Assembly (NCBI RefSeq): GCF_009931435.1
Contig: NZ_CP043414.1
From: Escherichia coli
GTDB taxonomy: Bacteria > Pseudomonadota > Gammaproteobacteria > Enterobacterales > Enterobacteriaceae
DNA length: 64,000 nucleotides
Strand: one strand, 5' to 3'
The translations under genes and the position numbers were made by a program. Below, in pieces: positions 1 to 11,948 of the stretch. The notes beneath the pieces are model-generated. The model was not told where the DNA came from, did not search any database, and saw nothing but the letters and a program-made list of their open reading frames with translations. Within the stretch, counting starts at the first letter, position 1. Every line of letters starts with the position of its first letter.

Positions 1-2546
1 TCCAGCGCCGCGCGCATTTTCTCCTGACGTTTGGCATCGTAACGCTTCAGGCGAATCAGCGGTTCAATCAGACGTGAAGCCACCTGCGGGTTACGGCTGT
101 TGAGGTCGGTAAGCATTTCCACCAGGAACTGGTAACCGCTGCCATCTTCGGCATGGAACGCTGCCGGGTTGCTGCCCGCAAACGCGCCAATCAACGAACG
201 AATGCGGTTCGGGTTGCTCATGGTAAATGAGCGATGCTGCAACAGACCACGCACCGTCTCCAGCACATTCGCCGCCGGGCTGGTGGCTTGCAGGATAAAC
301 CATTTATCCATCACCAGACCATCCTGATGCCACTTGTCGTCGTACTCCTGCATCAGCGCGTCACGGCATGGCAGCTGTGCAGCAACCGCCGCAGAAAGCG
401 CGGCCAGCGCATCGGTCATATTGTTTGCTTCATGGAACTGCTTGCTTACCAGCACGTCAGCCAGATGCGTTTCACCAAAAGCGAGGAAGCGCAGGCAGGC
501 ATTTCGCAGAGTGCGTTTTGCAATATCTTCATGCTCAACGCGATACTCGCTCTGGTAATTCGCGTTGTAAATAGCCAGCAGCTCATCCGCCAGTTCAGTC
601 GCCAGAGTACGGGTGAGTGCTTCACGCACTTCGGCAATAGCAATCGGATCGATGATATCGAACAGTTCTGCCATTTCATTGACGGAAGGCAGCGTCAGAA
701 TTTCTGCCGCCAGCGCCGGATCAATCCTCTCATCGAGCAGCACCGCGCGGAAAGCGTCAGCCACATGCACCGGCAGAGACAGCGGCTGCCCTTGCTGATG
801 ACGGGCGACGTTGAGCTTGATGTAGGTTGCCAGCAGGCTTTGCGCCGCATCCCAGCGGGAGAAATCATTACGCGCATGACGCATCAGGAAGGTCAGTTGC
901 TGATCGCTCCACTTATATTCCAGTTTCACTGGCGCAGAGAATTCGCACAGCAGTGCGGGCACCGGCTGGAAGTAGACATTATCAAAGACAAAGGTCTGTT
1001 CCGCCTGGGTGACGTTCAGCACCGAATTCACCGGGTGACCGCCTTTCTGCAACGGGATCACTTTGCCTTCGTTGTCATACAGTTCGATGGCAAACGGAAT
1101 ATGCAGCGGCTGTTTTTCTGCCTGATCCGGCGTAGCAGGCGTGCGCTGGCTGATGGTCAGGGTGTACTGCTCGGTTTCCGGATTATAGTCGTCTTTGACG
1201 GTCACAACCGGCGTACCGGACTGGCTGTACCAACGGCGGAAATGGGAGAGATCGACATTTGACGCATCTTCCATCGCCTGAACAAAGTCGTCGCAGGTTG
1301 CCGCACTGCCATCATGGCGCTCGAAATAGAGCTGCATCCCTTTCTGGAAGTTTTCTTCGCCCAGCAGAGTGTGGATCATGCGAATCACTTCCGCGCCCTT
1401 CTCATAAACGGTCAGGGTGTAGAAGTTGTTCATTTCAATAACCATATCCGGGCGGATCGGGTGCGCCATCGGGCTGGCATCTTCCGCAAACTGCAACCCG
1501 CGCATGGTGCGCACGTTGTTGATACGGTTTACTGCGCGGGAACCAAGATCAGAGCTGAACTCCTGATCGCGGAACACGGTTAAGCCTTCTTTCAGGCTGA
1601 GCTGGAACCAGTCGCGGCAGGTCACACGGTTACCGGTCCAGTTATGGAAATATTCATGACCAATAACGCGCTCAATATCGAGATAATCTTTATCGGTCGC
1701 GGTATCGGTGCGCGCCAGTACATACTTAGAGTTAAAGATGTTAAGACCTTTATTCTCCATTGCGCCCATATTGAAGAAATCCACCGCGACGATCATATAG
1801 ATGTCGAGGTCATACTCCAGGCCGAAGCGTTCTTCATCCCATTTCATGGAGTTTTTCAGCGAGGTCATCGCCCATGGCGCACGATCAAGATTGCCGCGAT
1901 CGACGTACAGCTCCAGCGCTACTTCGCGACCAGAACGCGTGGTGAAGGTGTCGCGCAGTACATCAAAGTCACCTGCCACCAGCGCAAACAGGTAGCACGG
2001 TTTCGGGAACGGGTCCTGCCATTGTACCCAGTGGCGTCCATTTTCCAGTTCGCCTTGCGCAACGCGGTTACCGTTGGAAAGCAGGAACGGGTATTTGGTT
2101 TTATCGGCAATAATTTTGGTGGTAAAACGCGCCAGCACGTCCGGGCGGTCGAGATAATACGTAATATGGCGGAAACCTTCGGCTTCACACTGGGTGCAAA
2201 GCGCATCGCCTGACTGATAAAGCCCTTCCAGCGCAGTATTCGCCGCTGGGCTAATTTCATTAACGATCTTGAGCGTAAAACGCTCCGGCAAATTACTGAT
2301 GACCAGTGCGCCCTCTTCTTCTTTCCAGGCGGTCCACGTCTCATCATTAATATGAACAGAAACCAGTTTAAGATCTTCGCCATCAAGACGAAGCGGAGCA
2401 TCTGATGCACCATGACGGACAGCCTGGCTGACCGCGGTAACGACCGTCTTTTGCGCGTCCAGGTCAAAGGTCAAGTCAATATCAGTAATCTGGTAATCCG
2501 GCGCACGATAATCGTGACGGTATTTGGCTTGTGGCTGTTGAGTCAT
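1..2546 (-). CDS. pepN: Aminopeptidase N, partial: the window begins about 22 codons before the stop, so the C-terminal end is missing
   Basis: Reverse-strand translation from the ATG at 2546 reads MTQQPQAKYRH...; the window start translates to the PepN C-terminal region (...SNPNRIRSLIGAFAGSNPAAFHAEDGSGYQFLVEML...). Not in the ORF track because the stop lies outside the window. Confidence 0.93.
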   Translation of the reverse strand, partial: MTQQPQAKYRHDYRAPDYQITDIDLTFDLDAQKTVVTAVSQAVRHGASDAPLRLDGEDLKLVSVHINDETWTAWKEEEGALVISNLPERFTLKIVNEISPAANTALEGLYQSGDALCTQCEAEGFRHITYYLDRPDVLARFTTKIIADKTKYPFLLSNGNRVAQGELENGRHWVQWQDPFPKPCYLFALVAGDFDVLRDTFTTRSGREVALELYVDRGNLDRAPWAMTSLKNSMKWDEERFGLEYDLDIYMIVAVDFFNMGAMENKGLNIFNSKYVLARTDTATDKDYLDIERVIGHEYFHNWTGNRVTCRDWFQLSLKEGLTVFRDQEFSSDLGSRAVNRINNVRTMRGLQFAEDASPMAHPIRPDMVIEMNNFYTLTVYEKGAEVIRMIHTLLGEENFQKGMQLYFERHDGSAATCDDFVQAMEDASNVDLSHFRRWYSQSGTPVVTVKDDYNPETEQYTLTISQRTPATPDQAEKQPLHIPFAIELYDNEGKVIPLQKGGHPVNSVLNVTQAEQTFVFDNVYFQPVPALLCEFSAPVKLEYKWSDQQLTFLMRHARNDFSRWDAAQSLLATYIKLNVARHQQGQPLSLPVHVADAFRAVLLDERIDPALAAEILTLPSVNEMAELFDIIDPIAIAEVREALTRTLATELADELLAIYNANYQSEYRVEHEDIAKRTLRNACLRFLAFGETHLADVLVSKQFHEANNMTDALAALSAAVAAQLPCRDALMQEYDDKWHQDGLVMDKWFILQATSPAANVLETVRGLLQHRSFTMSNPNRIRSLIGAFAGSNPAAFHAEDGSGYQFLVEMLTDLNSRNPQVASRLIEPLIRLKRYDAKRQEKMRAAL

Positions 2547-2764
2547 AAATAACCTTTAGCATCTTTTATAGAGTCTGGTGTTCAGTCTATTCCTGTTGCG
2601 TAAATCGCGCTATGCAGAATCTTCATCTTTTCAGGTACAAACGCCTTTATTGCTACATTTTTATAACATACACCGCGTAATGCCATCGACCAGAAAGGTG
2701 GCATATGGTGTGATCGGGGTTCAATAAATTGCGAAACAAGGTATACTCCAGCAGTTCCTGAAGA

Positions 2765-2782
2765 TGTTTATTGTACTAAACG
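2765..2782. promoter_or_regulatory. Candidate NadR operator (NAD box) in the pepN-pncB divergent intergenic region
   Basis: Sequence TGTTTA-TTGTAC-TAAACG is a near-perfect inverted repeat matching the TGTTTA-N6-TAAACA NAD box, about 30 bp upstream of the pncB ATG; pncB is a known NadR target. Confidence 0.55.
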
Positions 2783-2811
2783 CTCCTGTACGAGGACGCT
2801 ACTGCGCACCT

Positions 2812-4014
2812 ATGACACAATTCGCTTCTCCTGTTCTGCACTCGTTGCTGGATACAGATGCTTATAAGTTGCATATGCAGCAAGCCGTGTTTCATCACTA
2901 TTACGATGTGCATGTCGCGGCGGAGTTTCGTTGCCGAGGTGACGATCTGCTGGGTATTTATGCCGATGCTATTCGTGAACAGGTTCAGGCGATGCAGCAC
3001 CTGCGCCTGCAGGATGATGAATATCAATGGCTCTCAGCCCTGCCTTTCTTTAAAGCCGACTATCTTAACTGGCTACGCGAGTTCCGCTTTAACCCGGAAC
3101 AAGTCACCGTGTCCAACGATAATGGCAAGCTGGATATTCGTTTAAGCGGCCCGTGGCGTGAAGTCATCCTCTGGGAAGTTCCTTTGCTGGCGGTTATCAG
3201 TGAAATGGTGCATCGCTATCGCTCACCGCAGGCCGACGTTGCGCAAGCCCTCGACACGCTGGAAAGCAAATTAGCCGACTTCTCGGCATTAACCGCCGGT
3301 CTTGATATGTCGCGCTTCCATCTGATGGATTTTGGCACCCGCCGACGTTTTTCTCGTGAAGTACAAGAAACCATCGTGAAACGTCTGCAACAGGAATCCT
3401 GGTTCGTAGGCACCAGCAACTACGATCTGGCGCGTCGGCTTTCCCTTACGCCAATGGGAACACAAGCACACGAATGGTTCCAGGCGCATCAGCAAATCAG
3501 TCCGGATCTTGCCAACAGCCAGCGAGCTGCACTCGCTGCCTGGCTGGAAGAATATCCCGACCAACTTGGCATTGCGTTAACCGACTGTATTACCATGGAT
3601 GCTTTCCTGCGAGATTTCGGCGTAGAATTTGCCAGCCGCTATCAGGGCTTGCGTCATGACTCCGGCGACCCGGTTGAATGGGGTGAAAAAGCCATTGCAC
3701 ATTATGAGAAGCTGGGAATTGATCCACAGAGTAAAACGCTGGTTTTCTCTGACAATCTGGATTTACGCAAAGCGGTTGAGCTATACCGCCATTTCTCTTC
3801 CCGCGTGCAATTAAGTTTTGGTATTGGGACTCGCCTGACCTGCGATATCCCCCAGGTAAAACCCCTGAATATTGTCATTAAGTTGGTTGAGTGTAACGGT
3901 AAACCGGTGGCGAAACTTTCTGACAGCCCTGGCAAAACTATCTGCCACGATAAAGCGTTTGTTCGGGCGCTGCGCAAAGCGTTCGACCTTCCGCATATTA
4001 AAAAAGCCAGTTAA
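2812..4014 (+). CDS. pncB: Nicotinate phosphoribosyltransferase
   Basis: ORF 2764..4014; start taken at the internal ATG 2812 giving [24 protein letters not shown]..., 400 aa, matching E. coli PncB. Confidence 0.95.
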   Translation: MTQFASPVLHSLLDTDAYKLHMQQAVFHHYYDVHVAAEFRCRGDDLLGIYADAIREQVQAMQHLRLQDDEYQWLSALPFFKADYLNWLREFRFNPEQVTVSNDNGKLDIRLSGPWREVILWEVPLLAVISEMVHRYRSPQADVAQALDTLESKLADFSALTAGLDMSRFHLMDFGTRRRFSREVQETIVKRLQQESWFVGTSNYDLARRLSLTPMGTQAHEWFQAHQQISPDLANSQRAALAAWLEEYPDQLGIALTDCITMDAFLRDFGVEFASRYQGLRHDSGDPVEWGEKAIAHYEKLGIDPQSKTLVFSDNLDLRKAVELYRHFSSRVQLSFGIGTRLTCDIPQVKPLNIVIKLVECNGKPVAKLSDSPGKTICHDKAFVRALRKAFDLPHIKKAS

Positions 4015-4022
4015 TATCATCA

Positions 4023-4047
4023 GGGAGCTAATCGGCTCCCTTTTTTT
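4023..4047 (+). terminator. Rho-independent terminator downstream of pncB
   Basis: Hairpin GGGAGC-taatcg-GCTCCC followed by a T7 run. Confidence 0.7.
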
Positions 4048-4182
4048 ACCTTTAATTCCGAAATCTTTCGCTGCATTTGCGAATTCTGCTTGTCTGATTG
4101 CAGATGCCAGGTAACATAGGTATCCCCCCATTTACGGGTGGACAAGTGTTTATTTTTTCCGACTATTAACAGAGAGAATATT

Positions 4183-5583
4183 ATGAGCGTTGTGCCTGTA
4201 GCCGACGTACTCCAGGGCCGCGTAGCCGTTGACAGCGAAGTCACCGTGCGCGGATGGGTACGTACCCGCCGAGATTCAAAAGCTGGCATCTCCTTCCTCG
4301 CCGTTTATGACGGTTCCTGCTTTGATCCTGTACAGGCTGTCATCAATAATTCTCTGCCCAATTACAATGAAGACGTTCTGCGTCTGACCACCGGTTGCTC
4401 GGTCATTGTGACGGGTAAAGTCGTGGCGTCGCCAGGACAGGGGCAACAATTTGAAATTCAGGCCAGCAAGGTTGAAGTTGCTGGTTGGGTTGAAGATCCA
4501 GACACTTACCCGATGGCGGCAAAACGCCACAGCATTGAGTATCTGCGTGAAGTCGCTCACCTGCGTCCGCGCACAAACCTGATTGGTGCCGTCGCGCGCG
4601 TTCGCCATACGCTGGCGCAGGCGCTGCATCGCTTCTTTAACGAGCAGGGATTCTTCTGGGTTTCAACGCCACTGATTACTGCGTCTGATACCGAAGGGGC
4701 TGGCGAAATGTTCCGCGTTTCTACGCTGGATCTGGAAAACCTGCCGCGTAACGATCAGGGCAAAGTGGATTTCGACAAAGACTTCTTTGGTAAAGAGTCT
4801 TTCCTGACCGTATCTGGCCAGTTGAATGGCGAAACCTACGCTTGCGCATTGTCCAAAATTTATACCTTCGGCCCGACTTTCCGTGCTGAAAACTCCAACA
4901 CCAGCCGTCACCTGGCGGAATTCTGGATGCTGGAGCCGGAAGTGGCGTTTGCTAACCTGAACGATATCGCGGGTCTGGCTGAAGCCATGCTGAAATATGT
5001 CTTCAAAGCGGTTCTCGAAGAACGCGCTGACGACATGAAATTCTTCGCTGAACGCGTAGATAAAGATGCCGTTTCACGTCTGGAACGCTTTATTGAGGCC
5101 GATTTCGCGCAGGTGGATTACACCGACGCAGTGACCATTCTCGAAAACTGCGGCAGGAAGTTTGAAAACCCGGTTTACTGGGGCGTCGATCTCTCTTCTG
5201 AGCATGAGCGTTATCTGGCAGAAGAACACTTTAAAGCACCGGTAGTGGTTAAAAACTATCCGAAAGATATTAAAGCGTTCTATATGCGCCTTAACGAAGA
5301 CGGTAAAACCGTTGCGGCTATGGATGTTCTGGCTCCGGGCATCGGTGAAATCATTGGTGGTTCTCAGCGTGAAGAGCGTCTGGACGTGCTGGACGAGCGT
5401 ATGCTGGAAATGGGCCTGAATAAAGAAGATTACTGGTGGTATCGCGATCTGCGTCGCTACGGTACTGTTCCGCATTCCGGTTTCGGTCTTGGTTTTGAAC
5501 GCCTGATTGCTTACGTAACTGGCGTGCAAAACGTGCGTGATGTGATTCCGTTCCCACGTACTCCGCGTAACGCCAGCTTCTAA
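4183..5583 (+). CDS. asnS: Asparagine--tRNA ligase
   Basis: ORF 4138..5583; start at ATG 4183 giving [25 protein letters not shown]..., 466 aa; class II aaRS with anticodon-binding N-terminal domain. Confidence 0.96.
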
Positions 5584-5596
5584 TTTAGCGTCTTCA

Positions 5597-5624
5597 AGAG
5601 CCAGCACCCGCTGGCTCTTTTTTT
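5597..5624 (+). terminator. Rho-independent terminator downstream of asnS
   Basis: Hairpin AGAGCCAGC-accc-GCTGGCTCT followed by a T7 run immediately after the asnS stop. Confidence 0.75.
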
Positions 5625-5735
5625 ATCCTTTCTGTCAAGTTATCTGTTTGTTAAGTCAAGCAATCTATTTGCAACCCCGCCATAACGATCATCCTGTTAC
5701 GGAATATTACACTGCAACATTTGCGCACAAAAAAT

Positions 5736-5767
5736 AATCCGCATTCTTATTGCGGATTAGTTTTTTC
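5736..5767. terminator. Second terminator-like hairpin in the asnS-ompF intergenic region, possibly bidirectional
   Basis: AATCCGCA-ttcttat-TGCGGATT followed by AGTTTTTTCTT, and preceded by an A-rich run so it could also act on the opposite strand; lies about 150 bp beyond the primary asnS terminator. Confidence 0.4.
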
Positions 5768-5974
5768 TTAGCTGATAGCACAATTTTCATACTATTTTTT
5801 GGCGTTCTGGATGTCTGAACGAGGATTTAATGCCAGGTCGATAAAGTTTCCATCAGAAACAAAATTTCCTTTTAGTTAATTTAAATATAAGGAAATCATA
5901 TAAATAGATAAAAATTGCTGTAAATATCATCACGCTTCTATGGAAATATGACGGTGTTCACAAAGTTCCTTAAA

Positions 5975-6040
5975 TTTTACTTTTAGTTACATATTTTTTC
6001 TTTTTGAAACCAAATCTTTATCTTTGTAGCACTTTCACGG
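5975..6040 (+). promoter_or_regulatory. ompF promoter-proximal OmpR-binding region (F1-F3 sites)
   Basis: AT-rich block TTTACTTTTAGTTACATATTTTTTCTTTTTGAAACCAAATCTTTATCTTTGTAGCACTTTCACGG resembles the tandem OmpR boxes known upstream of ompF; a -10-like AAAGAT lies near 6065, consistent with a leader of roughly 110 nt. Confidence 0.55.
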
Positions 6041-6184
6041 TAGCGAAACGTTAGTTTGAATGGAAAGATGCCTGCAGACACATAAAGACACCAAACTCTC
6101 ATCAATAGTTCCGTAAATTTTTTTTGACAGAACTTATTGACGGCAGTGGCAGGTGTCATAAAAAAACCATGAGGGTAATAAATA

Positions 6185-7273
6185 ATGATGAAGCGCAATA
6201 TTCTGGCAGTGATCGTCCCTGCTCTGTTAGTAGCAGGTACTGCAAACGCTGCAGAAATTTATAACAAAGATGGCAACAAAGTAGATCTGTACGGTAAAGC
6301 TGTCGGTCTGCATTATTTCTCCAAGGGTAACGGTGAAAACAGTTACGGTGGCAATGGCGACATGACCTATGCCCGTCTTGGTTTTAAAGGGGAAACTCAA
6401 ATCAATTCCGATCTGACCGGTTATGGTCAGTGGGAATATAACTTCCAGGGTAACAACTCTGAAGGCACTGACGCTCAAACTGGTAACAAAACCCGTCTGG
6501 CATTCGCGGGTCTTAAATACGCTGACGTTGGTTCTTTCGATTACGGCCGTAACTACGGTGTGGTTTATGATGCACTGGGTTACACCGATATGCTGCCAGA
6601 ATTTGGTGGTGATACTGCATACAGCGATGACTTCTTCGTTGGTCGTGTTGGCGGCGTTGCTACCTATCGTAACTCCAACTTCTTTGGTCTGGTTGATGGC
6701 CTGAACTTCGCTGTTCAGTACCTGGGTAAAAACGAGCGTGACACTGCACGCCGCTCTAACGGCGACGGTGTTGGCGGTTCTATCAGCTACGAATACGAAG
6801 GCTTTGGTATCGTTGGTGCTTATGGCGCCGCTGACCGTACCAACCTGCAAGAAGCTCAACCTCTTGGCAACGGTAAAAAAGCTGAACAGTGGGCTACTGG
6901 TCTGAAGTATGACGCGAACAACATCTACCTGGCAGCGAACTACGGTGAAACCCGTAACGCTACGCCGATCACTAATAAATTTACAAACATCAGCGGCTTC
7001 GCCAACAAAACGCAAGATGTTCTGTTAGTTGCGCAATACCAGTTCGATTTCGGTCTGCGTCCGTCCATCGCTTACACCAAATCTAAAGCGAAAGACGTAG
7101 AAGGTATCGGTGATGTTGATCTGGTGAACTACTTTGAAGTGGGCGCAACCTACTACTTCAACAAAAACATGTCCACCTATGTTGACTACATCATCAACCA
7201 GATCGATTCTGACAACAAACTGGGCGTAGGTTCAGACGACACCGTTGCTGTGGGTATCGTTTACCAGTTCTAA
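6185..7273 (+). CDS. ompF: Outer membrane porin F
   Basis: 362-aa [41 protein letters not shown]... with signal peptide, aromatic-rich beta-barrel pattern and terminal F; matches OmpF. Confidence 0.97.
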   Translation: MMKRNILAVIVPALLVAGTANAAEIYNKDGNKVDLYGKAVGLHYFSKGNGENSYGGNGDMTYARLGFKGETQINSDLTGYGQWEYNFQGNNSEGTDAQTGNKTRLAFAGLKYADVGSFDYGRNYGVVYDALGYTDMLPEFGGDTAYSDDFFVGRVGGVATYRNSNFFGLVDGLNFAVQYLGKNERDTARRSNGDGVGGSISYEYEGFGIVGAYGAADRTNLQEAQPLGNGKKAEQWATGLKYDANNIYLAANYGETRNATPITNKFTNISGFANKTQDVLLVAQYQFDFGLRPSIAYTKSKAKDVEGIGDVDLVNYFEVGATYYFNKNMSTYVDYIINQIDSDNKLGVGSDDTVAVGIVYQF

Positions 7274-7298
7274 TAGCACACCTCTTTGTTAAATGCCG

Positions 7299-7328
7299 AA
7301 AAAACAGGACTTTGGTCCTGTTTTTTTT
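7299..7328 (+). terminator. Rho-independent terminator downstream of ompF
   Basis: CAGGAC-tttg-GTCCTG followed by a T8 run. Confidence 0.75.
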
Positions 7329-7457
7329 ATGCCTTCCAGAGCAATCTCACGTCTTGCAAAAACAGCCTGCGTTTTCATCAGTAATAGTTGGAATTTTGTA
7401 AATCTCCCGTTACCCTGATAGCGGACTTCCCTTCTGTAACCATAATGGAACCTCGTC

Positions 7458-8648
7458 ATGTTTGAGAACATTACCGCCGCTCCTGCCGACCCGATTCTGG
7501 GCCTGGCCGATCTGTTTCGTGCCGATGAACGTCCCGGCAAAATTAACCTCGGGATTGGTGTCTATAAAGATGAGACGGGCAAAACCCCGGTACTGACCAG
7601 CGTGAAAAAGGCTGAACAGTATCTGCTCGAAAATGAAACCACCAAAAATTACCTCGGCATTGACGGCATCCCTGAATTTGGTCGCTGCACTCAGGAACTG
7701 CTGTTTGGTAAAGGTAGCGCCCTGATCAATGACAAACGTGCTCGCACGGCACAGACTCCGGGTGGCACTGGCGCACTACGCGTGGCTGCCGATTTCCTGG
7801 CAAAAAATACCAGCGTTAAGCGTGTGTGGGTGAGCAACCCAAGCTGGCCGAACCATAAGAGCGTCTTTAACTCTGCAGGTCTGGAAGTTCGTGAATACGC
7901 TTATTATGATGCGGAAAATCACACCCTTGACTTCGATGCACTGATTAACAGCCTGAACGAAGCTCAGGCTGGCGACGTAGTGCTGTTCCATGGCTGCTGC
8001 CATAACCCAACCGGTATCGACCCTACGCTGGAACAATGGCAGACACTGGCACAACTTTCCGTTGAGAAAGGCTGGTTACCGCTGTTTGACTTCGCTTACC
8101 AGGGGTTTGCCCGTGGTCTGGAAGAAGATGCTGAAGGACTGCGCGCTTTCGCGGCTATGCATAAAGAGCTGATTGTTGCCAGTTCCTACTCTAAAAACTT
8201 TGGCCTGTACAACGAGCGTGTTGGCGCTTGTACTCTGGTTGCTGCTGACAGTGAAACCGTTGATCGCGCATTCAGCCAAATGAAAGCGGCGATTCGCGCT
8301 AACTACTCTAACCCACCAGCACACGGCGCTTCTGTTGTTGCCACCATCCTGAGCAACGATGCGTTACGTGCGATTTGGGAACAAGAGCTGACTGATATGC
8401 GCCAGCGTATTCAGCGTATGCGTCAGTTGTTCGTCAATACGCTGCAGGAAAAAGGCGCAAACCGCGACTTCAGCTTTATCATCAAACAGAACGGCATGTT
8501 CTCCTTCAGTGGCCTGACAAAAGAACAAGTGCTGCGTCTGCGCGAAGAGTTTGGCGTGTATGCTGTTGCTTCTGGTCGCGTAAACGTGGCCGGGATGACA
8601 CCAGATAATATGGCTCCGCTGTGCGAAGCGATTGTGGCAGTGCTGTAA
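7458..8648 (+). CDS. aspC: Aspartate aminotransferase (PLP-dependent)
   Basis: 396-aa [49 protein letters not shown]...; matches AspC including the SYSKNFGLY lysine region. Confidence 0.97.
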   Translation: MFENITAAPADPILGLADLFRADERPGKINLGIGVYKDETGKTPVLTSVKKAEQYLLENETTKNYLGIDGIPEFGRCTQELLFGKGSALINDKRARTAQTPGGTGALRVAADFLAKNTSVKRVWVSNPSWPNHKSVFNSAGLEVREYAYYDAENHTLDFDALINSLNEAQAGDVVLFHGCCHNPTGIDPTLEQWQTLAQLSVEKGWLPLFDFAYQGFARGLEEDAEGLRAFAAMHKELIVASSYSKNFGLYNERVGACTLVAADSETVDRAFSQMKAAIRANYSNPPAHGASVVATILSNDALRAIWEQELTDMRQRIQRMRQLFVNTLQEKGANRDFSFIIKQNGMFSFSGLTKEQVLRLREEFGVYAVASGRVNVAGMTPDNMAPLCEAIVAVL

Positions 8649-8664
8649 GCGTTAAAAACAATGA

Positions 8665-8689
8665 AGCCCGCTGAAAAGCGGGCTTTTTT
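8665..8689. terminator. Terminator hairpin between convergent aspC and gloC, likely bidirectional
   Basis: AGCCCGC-tgaaaa-GCGGGCT flanked by an A-run upstream and a T-run downstream. Confidence 0.7.
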
Positions 8690-8697
8690 ATACGTCT

Positions 8698-9345
8698 TTA
8701 CCAGACGGGCATTTCGTCTTGCAGGAAGGGATTATGCAGGCGTTCGTAACCAAGAGTAGATAATGGTCCGTGACCCGGAATAAATGTCACGTCATCCCCC
8801 AGGGGCAGCAATTTATCTTTGATTGAAGAAATCAGTTGATTATGATCGCCACGCGGGAAGTCACTGCGCCCTACTCCGCCTTTGAAAATAACATCGCCAG
8901 AAATCAGCAGTTTTGCCCGATCATCAAAAAACACCACATGACCCGGCGTATGACCAGGGCAATGCAACACCTGTAAAGTCACATTCCCTATGCTGATGGT
9001 GTCTCCTTCGTTCAGCCAACGATCTGGCGTCAGCGGCTGGCACTCTTCCAGACCAAACATACGACTTTGCGCAGGCAAGCCTTGTAGCCAGAACTCATCT
9101 TCTTTTTCCGGGCCAAAAACCGGCACGCCGTAATGTTGCGCCAGTTCCGCCGCTGCGCCAACGTGGTCCAGATGACCATGAGTCAGCAGGATCTGCATCA
9201 GTGTCAGGCCGCTGGCATCAACTTCCTGTTTGATTTTTTCCGCATCGCCGCCAGGATCGACCAGTGCGGCCAGACGGGTTTGTTCACACCAGATCAATGA
9301 ACAGTTCTGGGAGAATGCGGTGACCGGAATAATACGATAGTTCAT
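8698..9345 (-). CDS. gloC: Metallo-beta-lactamase-fold hydroxyacylglutathione hydrolase (glyoxalase II-like)
   Basis: 215-aa ORF with the THGHLDH metal-binding motif; matches YcbL/GloC. Confidence 0.92.
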   Translation of the reverse strand: MNYRIIPVTAFSQNCSLIWCEQTRLAALVDPGGDAEKIKQEVDASGLTLMQILLTHGHLDHVGAAAELAQHYGVPVFGPEKEDEFWLQGLPAQSRMFGLEECQPLTPDRWLNEGDTISIGNVTLQVLHCPGHTPGHVVFFDDRAKLLISGDVIFKGGVGRSDFPRGDHNQLISSIKDKLLPLGDDVTFIPGHGPLSTLGYERLHNPFLQDEMPVW

Positions 9346-9371
9346 ACTGCCCCTGTTTCGTTAAGCGATTG

Positions 9372-9920
9372 CTACCAGTGCCGTGCTGGCCCGGTATCAA
9401 TATGCACAAAGTTACTACGTGGGTAATATCCTACACCACCTGCGCGCATAGATAACGCGGCTTTGCGAATATTGCTTAACGCGATACCTTCAATATGGAA
9501 ATCCATCGCCTGCCCTTTCGTGTGATAGCTTTTCTTCGCTACTCCACGGCTGCGGGCACGTAGTTCATTGTTGGTATCAATGGAGCGATAACCGGAAATG
9601 AGTTGCACCGGTTTGCGGGTGCCTAACAACCCTTGCAGGCGATACAACTGATCGAATAATCCTGGGTCGATGGACTTTATTTTGTTCGCGCGGTAATCGC
9701 GGAAAAAATGGTTAAGTTTTGCCAATTCTTCCTGAATATAGCCTCTGCCATCGAAAAACTCCGCTTTGATTGACTCTCCGGTATGGAGATTATTGAGTGT
9801 CAAAATACGCGGGCGTGGGGTAGAGAGTGTTGCAAACGCCGGGGTCGGCAGGATGGCGGCACCGAGTGCAACGCCACCAAGCGCCAGCAGTTTGCGGCGA
9901 TTAGCGTCGAATTTGTCCAT
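9372..9920 (-). CDS. mepK: Peptidoglycan L,D-endopeptidase MepK (YcbK family), Tat-exported
   Basis: ORF 9372..9929; start taken at MDKFDANRRKLLALGGVALGAAILPTPAFA, which carries a twin-arginine signal; 182 aa. Confidence 0.9.
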   Translation of the reverse strand: MDKFDANRRKLLALGGVALGAAILPTPAFATLSTPRPRILTLNNLHTGESIKAEFFDGRGYIQEELAKLNHFFRDYRANKIKSIDPGLFDQLYRLQGLLGTRKPVQLISGYRSIDTNNELRARSRGVAKKSYHTKGQAMDFHIEGIALSNIRKAALSMRAGGVGYYPRSNFVHIDTGPARHW

Positions 9921-10100
9921 GATAATCAAGTCTACAGGTCAATGTTATCGTTTATATGCACTTCTGGCGCACAAGAGGCACCTTAACCGCCCGTAAAGCA
10001 GACGTCAAGATGACTCAACCCCAGCAGTGACGGGGGCTGCAGAGAAGCGCCCCCGATCATGCTAATTATTACGACAACTGATTTCCCCGAACTGCTTCAT

Positions 10101-11948
10101 TTACCTGATTAATTGTTCCGCTTTCGATACGATTTGCGAGCTGGATCGCGCAGGCAGATCATAATTGTAAATATCTGTACGATACTGGGTACGACCATCT
10201 GCACCAACAAAGGCCGTCAGATAGAAGAGATTCACCGGAATCGACTGCCGAATATTGACGTAACGCGTATCGCCCTGCTTCAGCGCATCAGAAATACGTT
10301 TGTCATTCCAGCCTGCATCCTGCAACAGCATATTCGCCAGATCGGAAGCTTTATTCACTCGTACACAGCCTGAGCTCAATGCGCGTGTATCACGCTTGAA
10401 CAGATTATGGTTCGGCGTGTCATGCAAATAAATGGCCTCTGAACTCGGCATATTGAATTTATAGCGCCCCAGCGAGTTCCGTGGGCCTGGAGCCTGCTGG
10501 AAGCGGAACGGTAAATTCGAGGCCGTGATTGTAGACCAGTCAACCTGCCATGGGTCAATCGCTTCTCTGCTGTTCCAGCCGCGCATCACCGTATAGCCAT
10601 GGCTTTCGAGATACCCAGGATCATTGCGCACTTTCGGCAGAATATCTTTGCGTGCCAGAGTTGGTGGTACGTTCCACGGCGGGTTTACCACCACGTTGTT
10701 AAGGGCACTACTCATCATCGGCGTTTTGCGATCGGGGCGACCGACAATGACTCGCGAATCCAGCACCTGATTGCCGTTCTGATAGTAGACCAGCGAATAG
10801 GCCGGAATGTTAACCATGATCCCGGTAGAAAGCTCTGTTGGCAGCAAGCGCAATCGCTGGATGTTGAGTGCCAACACGCCAGCACGCTGGGCGGGCGTTA
10901 CGTTTAACCAGTCACGCGTTGCCGGGCCAATAGCACCATCTGCCCCCAATCCTTGCCATGCCTGAAAACGTTTAACGGCTTCCACCAGTTCATTATCGTA
11001 GGCGGCACGAACGACAGGCGCAGGTTTACTACGAGACGTAGTTTGCTGGTCCATCGGCTTAGTTTCTGCTGTTTCAACAGTAACAGCGGATGGGCTGACT
11101 ACCGCGTCAGTTGGCGTGTCATCGCCAGGTAGAGTAATTTTCGGCCCCCCGTCCAGCATGCCTGTACGCTGCAATATTTCGCGCAACGCCGGTACGTCGT
11201 TACTCCACTGCCCTGGGCGCAACGTTGCTTTGCCGGTCAGTTGGGGCCACGGTTTGGTGTCACTGAGTAAGGCCAGTAACGATTCATGCATCGCCGCATA
11301 TTGCGGATGCTGCGGTGCCAGTCCTGCAACAAACGTCGGCAATTGACCTTTATCCAGCGCCAGCTGCCATTGGTTAATCACCGAGAGCGGCGGCGTGGAA
11401 AGCGCATAAGGTTTACTGCTGTATAGCCAGCGAGTGCCTTTGACCGGAATATTTGCAATGAAATGGAGATAGCCCATCATCGCATCAGAGAGCACCACAT
11501 CGCGTGCCATCCCGTTAATACCAGGATCGGTCAGCAACTCTACCCATTTATTAAACTGCGGCTGGAAACCGGCAATCGCCACCTCTGCCAGCTGTTGCTG
11601 GAAGGCTTTAACAGCATCACGGTTTTCCCACATGGGTTGCATATCGCGTGCGGCATACAACAGTTGAAGCTGGTTAAGATAAACCGGCTTATAGCCTGCA
11701 GGTAATTGAGATTCGATTTGCGTGCGGGCTTTTTCTGCCGCACCTTCAGGCAATGGCTGGATCCCCGCCATTATTGCCGTGACCTGCGCCTGCGGCAGTG
11801 CCTCGCCCTGTTCGCTGACAGCCACCGGGCTGTCGCCAGGGATTACTTCAGGCTCATCGGCCTGAGCATTGAACAGTGGAGCGAATGTTACGGCCACGCA
11901 CAAACTGATTGCCGACAGCCGACGACCACACATCATATTAAGCAACAT
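10101..11948 (-). CDS. ldtD: L,D-transpeptidase LdtD (YcbB), YkuD domain
   Basis: 615-aa ORF; signal peptide, peptidoglycan-binding-like region, C-terminal catalytic region with the SSGCVR cysteine motif. Confidence 0.93.
   Translation of the reverse strand: MLLNMMCGRRLSAISLCVAVTFAPLFNAQADEPEVIPGDSPVAVSEQGEALPQAQVTAIMAGIQPLPEGAAEKARTQIESQLPAGYKPVYLNQLQLLYAARDMQPMWENRDAVKAFQQQLAEVAIAGFQPQFNKWVELLTDPGINGMARDVVLSDAMMGYLHFIANIPVKGTRWLYSSKPYALSTPPLSVINQWQLALDKGQLPTFVAGLAPQHPQYAAMHESLLALLSDTKPWPQLTGKATLRPGQWSNDVPALREILQRTGMLDGGPKITLPGDDTPTDAVVSPSAVTVETAETKPMDQQTTSRSKPAPVVRAAYDNELVEAVKRFQAWQGLGADGAIGPATRDWLNVTPAQRAGVLALNIQRLRLLPTELSTGIMVNIPAYSLVYYQNGNQVLDSRVIVGRPDRKTPMMSSALNNVVVNPPWNVPPTLARKDILPKVRNDPGYLESHGYTVMRGWNSREAIDPWQVDWSTITASNLPFRFQQAPGPRNSLGRYKFNMPSSEAIYLHDTPNHNLFKRDTRALSSGCVRVNKASDLANMLLQDAGWNDKRISDALKQGDTRYVNIRQSIPVNLFYLTAFVGADGRTQYRTDIYNYDLPARSSSQIVSKAEQLIR

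Noticed and set aside
10032-10054. A GC-rich hairpin (GGGGGC, 11-nt loop, GCCCCC) between ldtD and mepK.
   Set aside because: No U-tract follows on either strand, so it is not a canonical intrinsic terminator, and it does not match REP consensus. It may be a processing or protein-binding site, but there is no sequence basis for a firm call.
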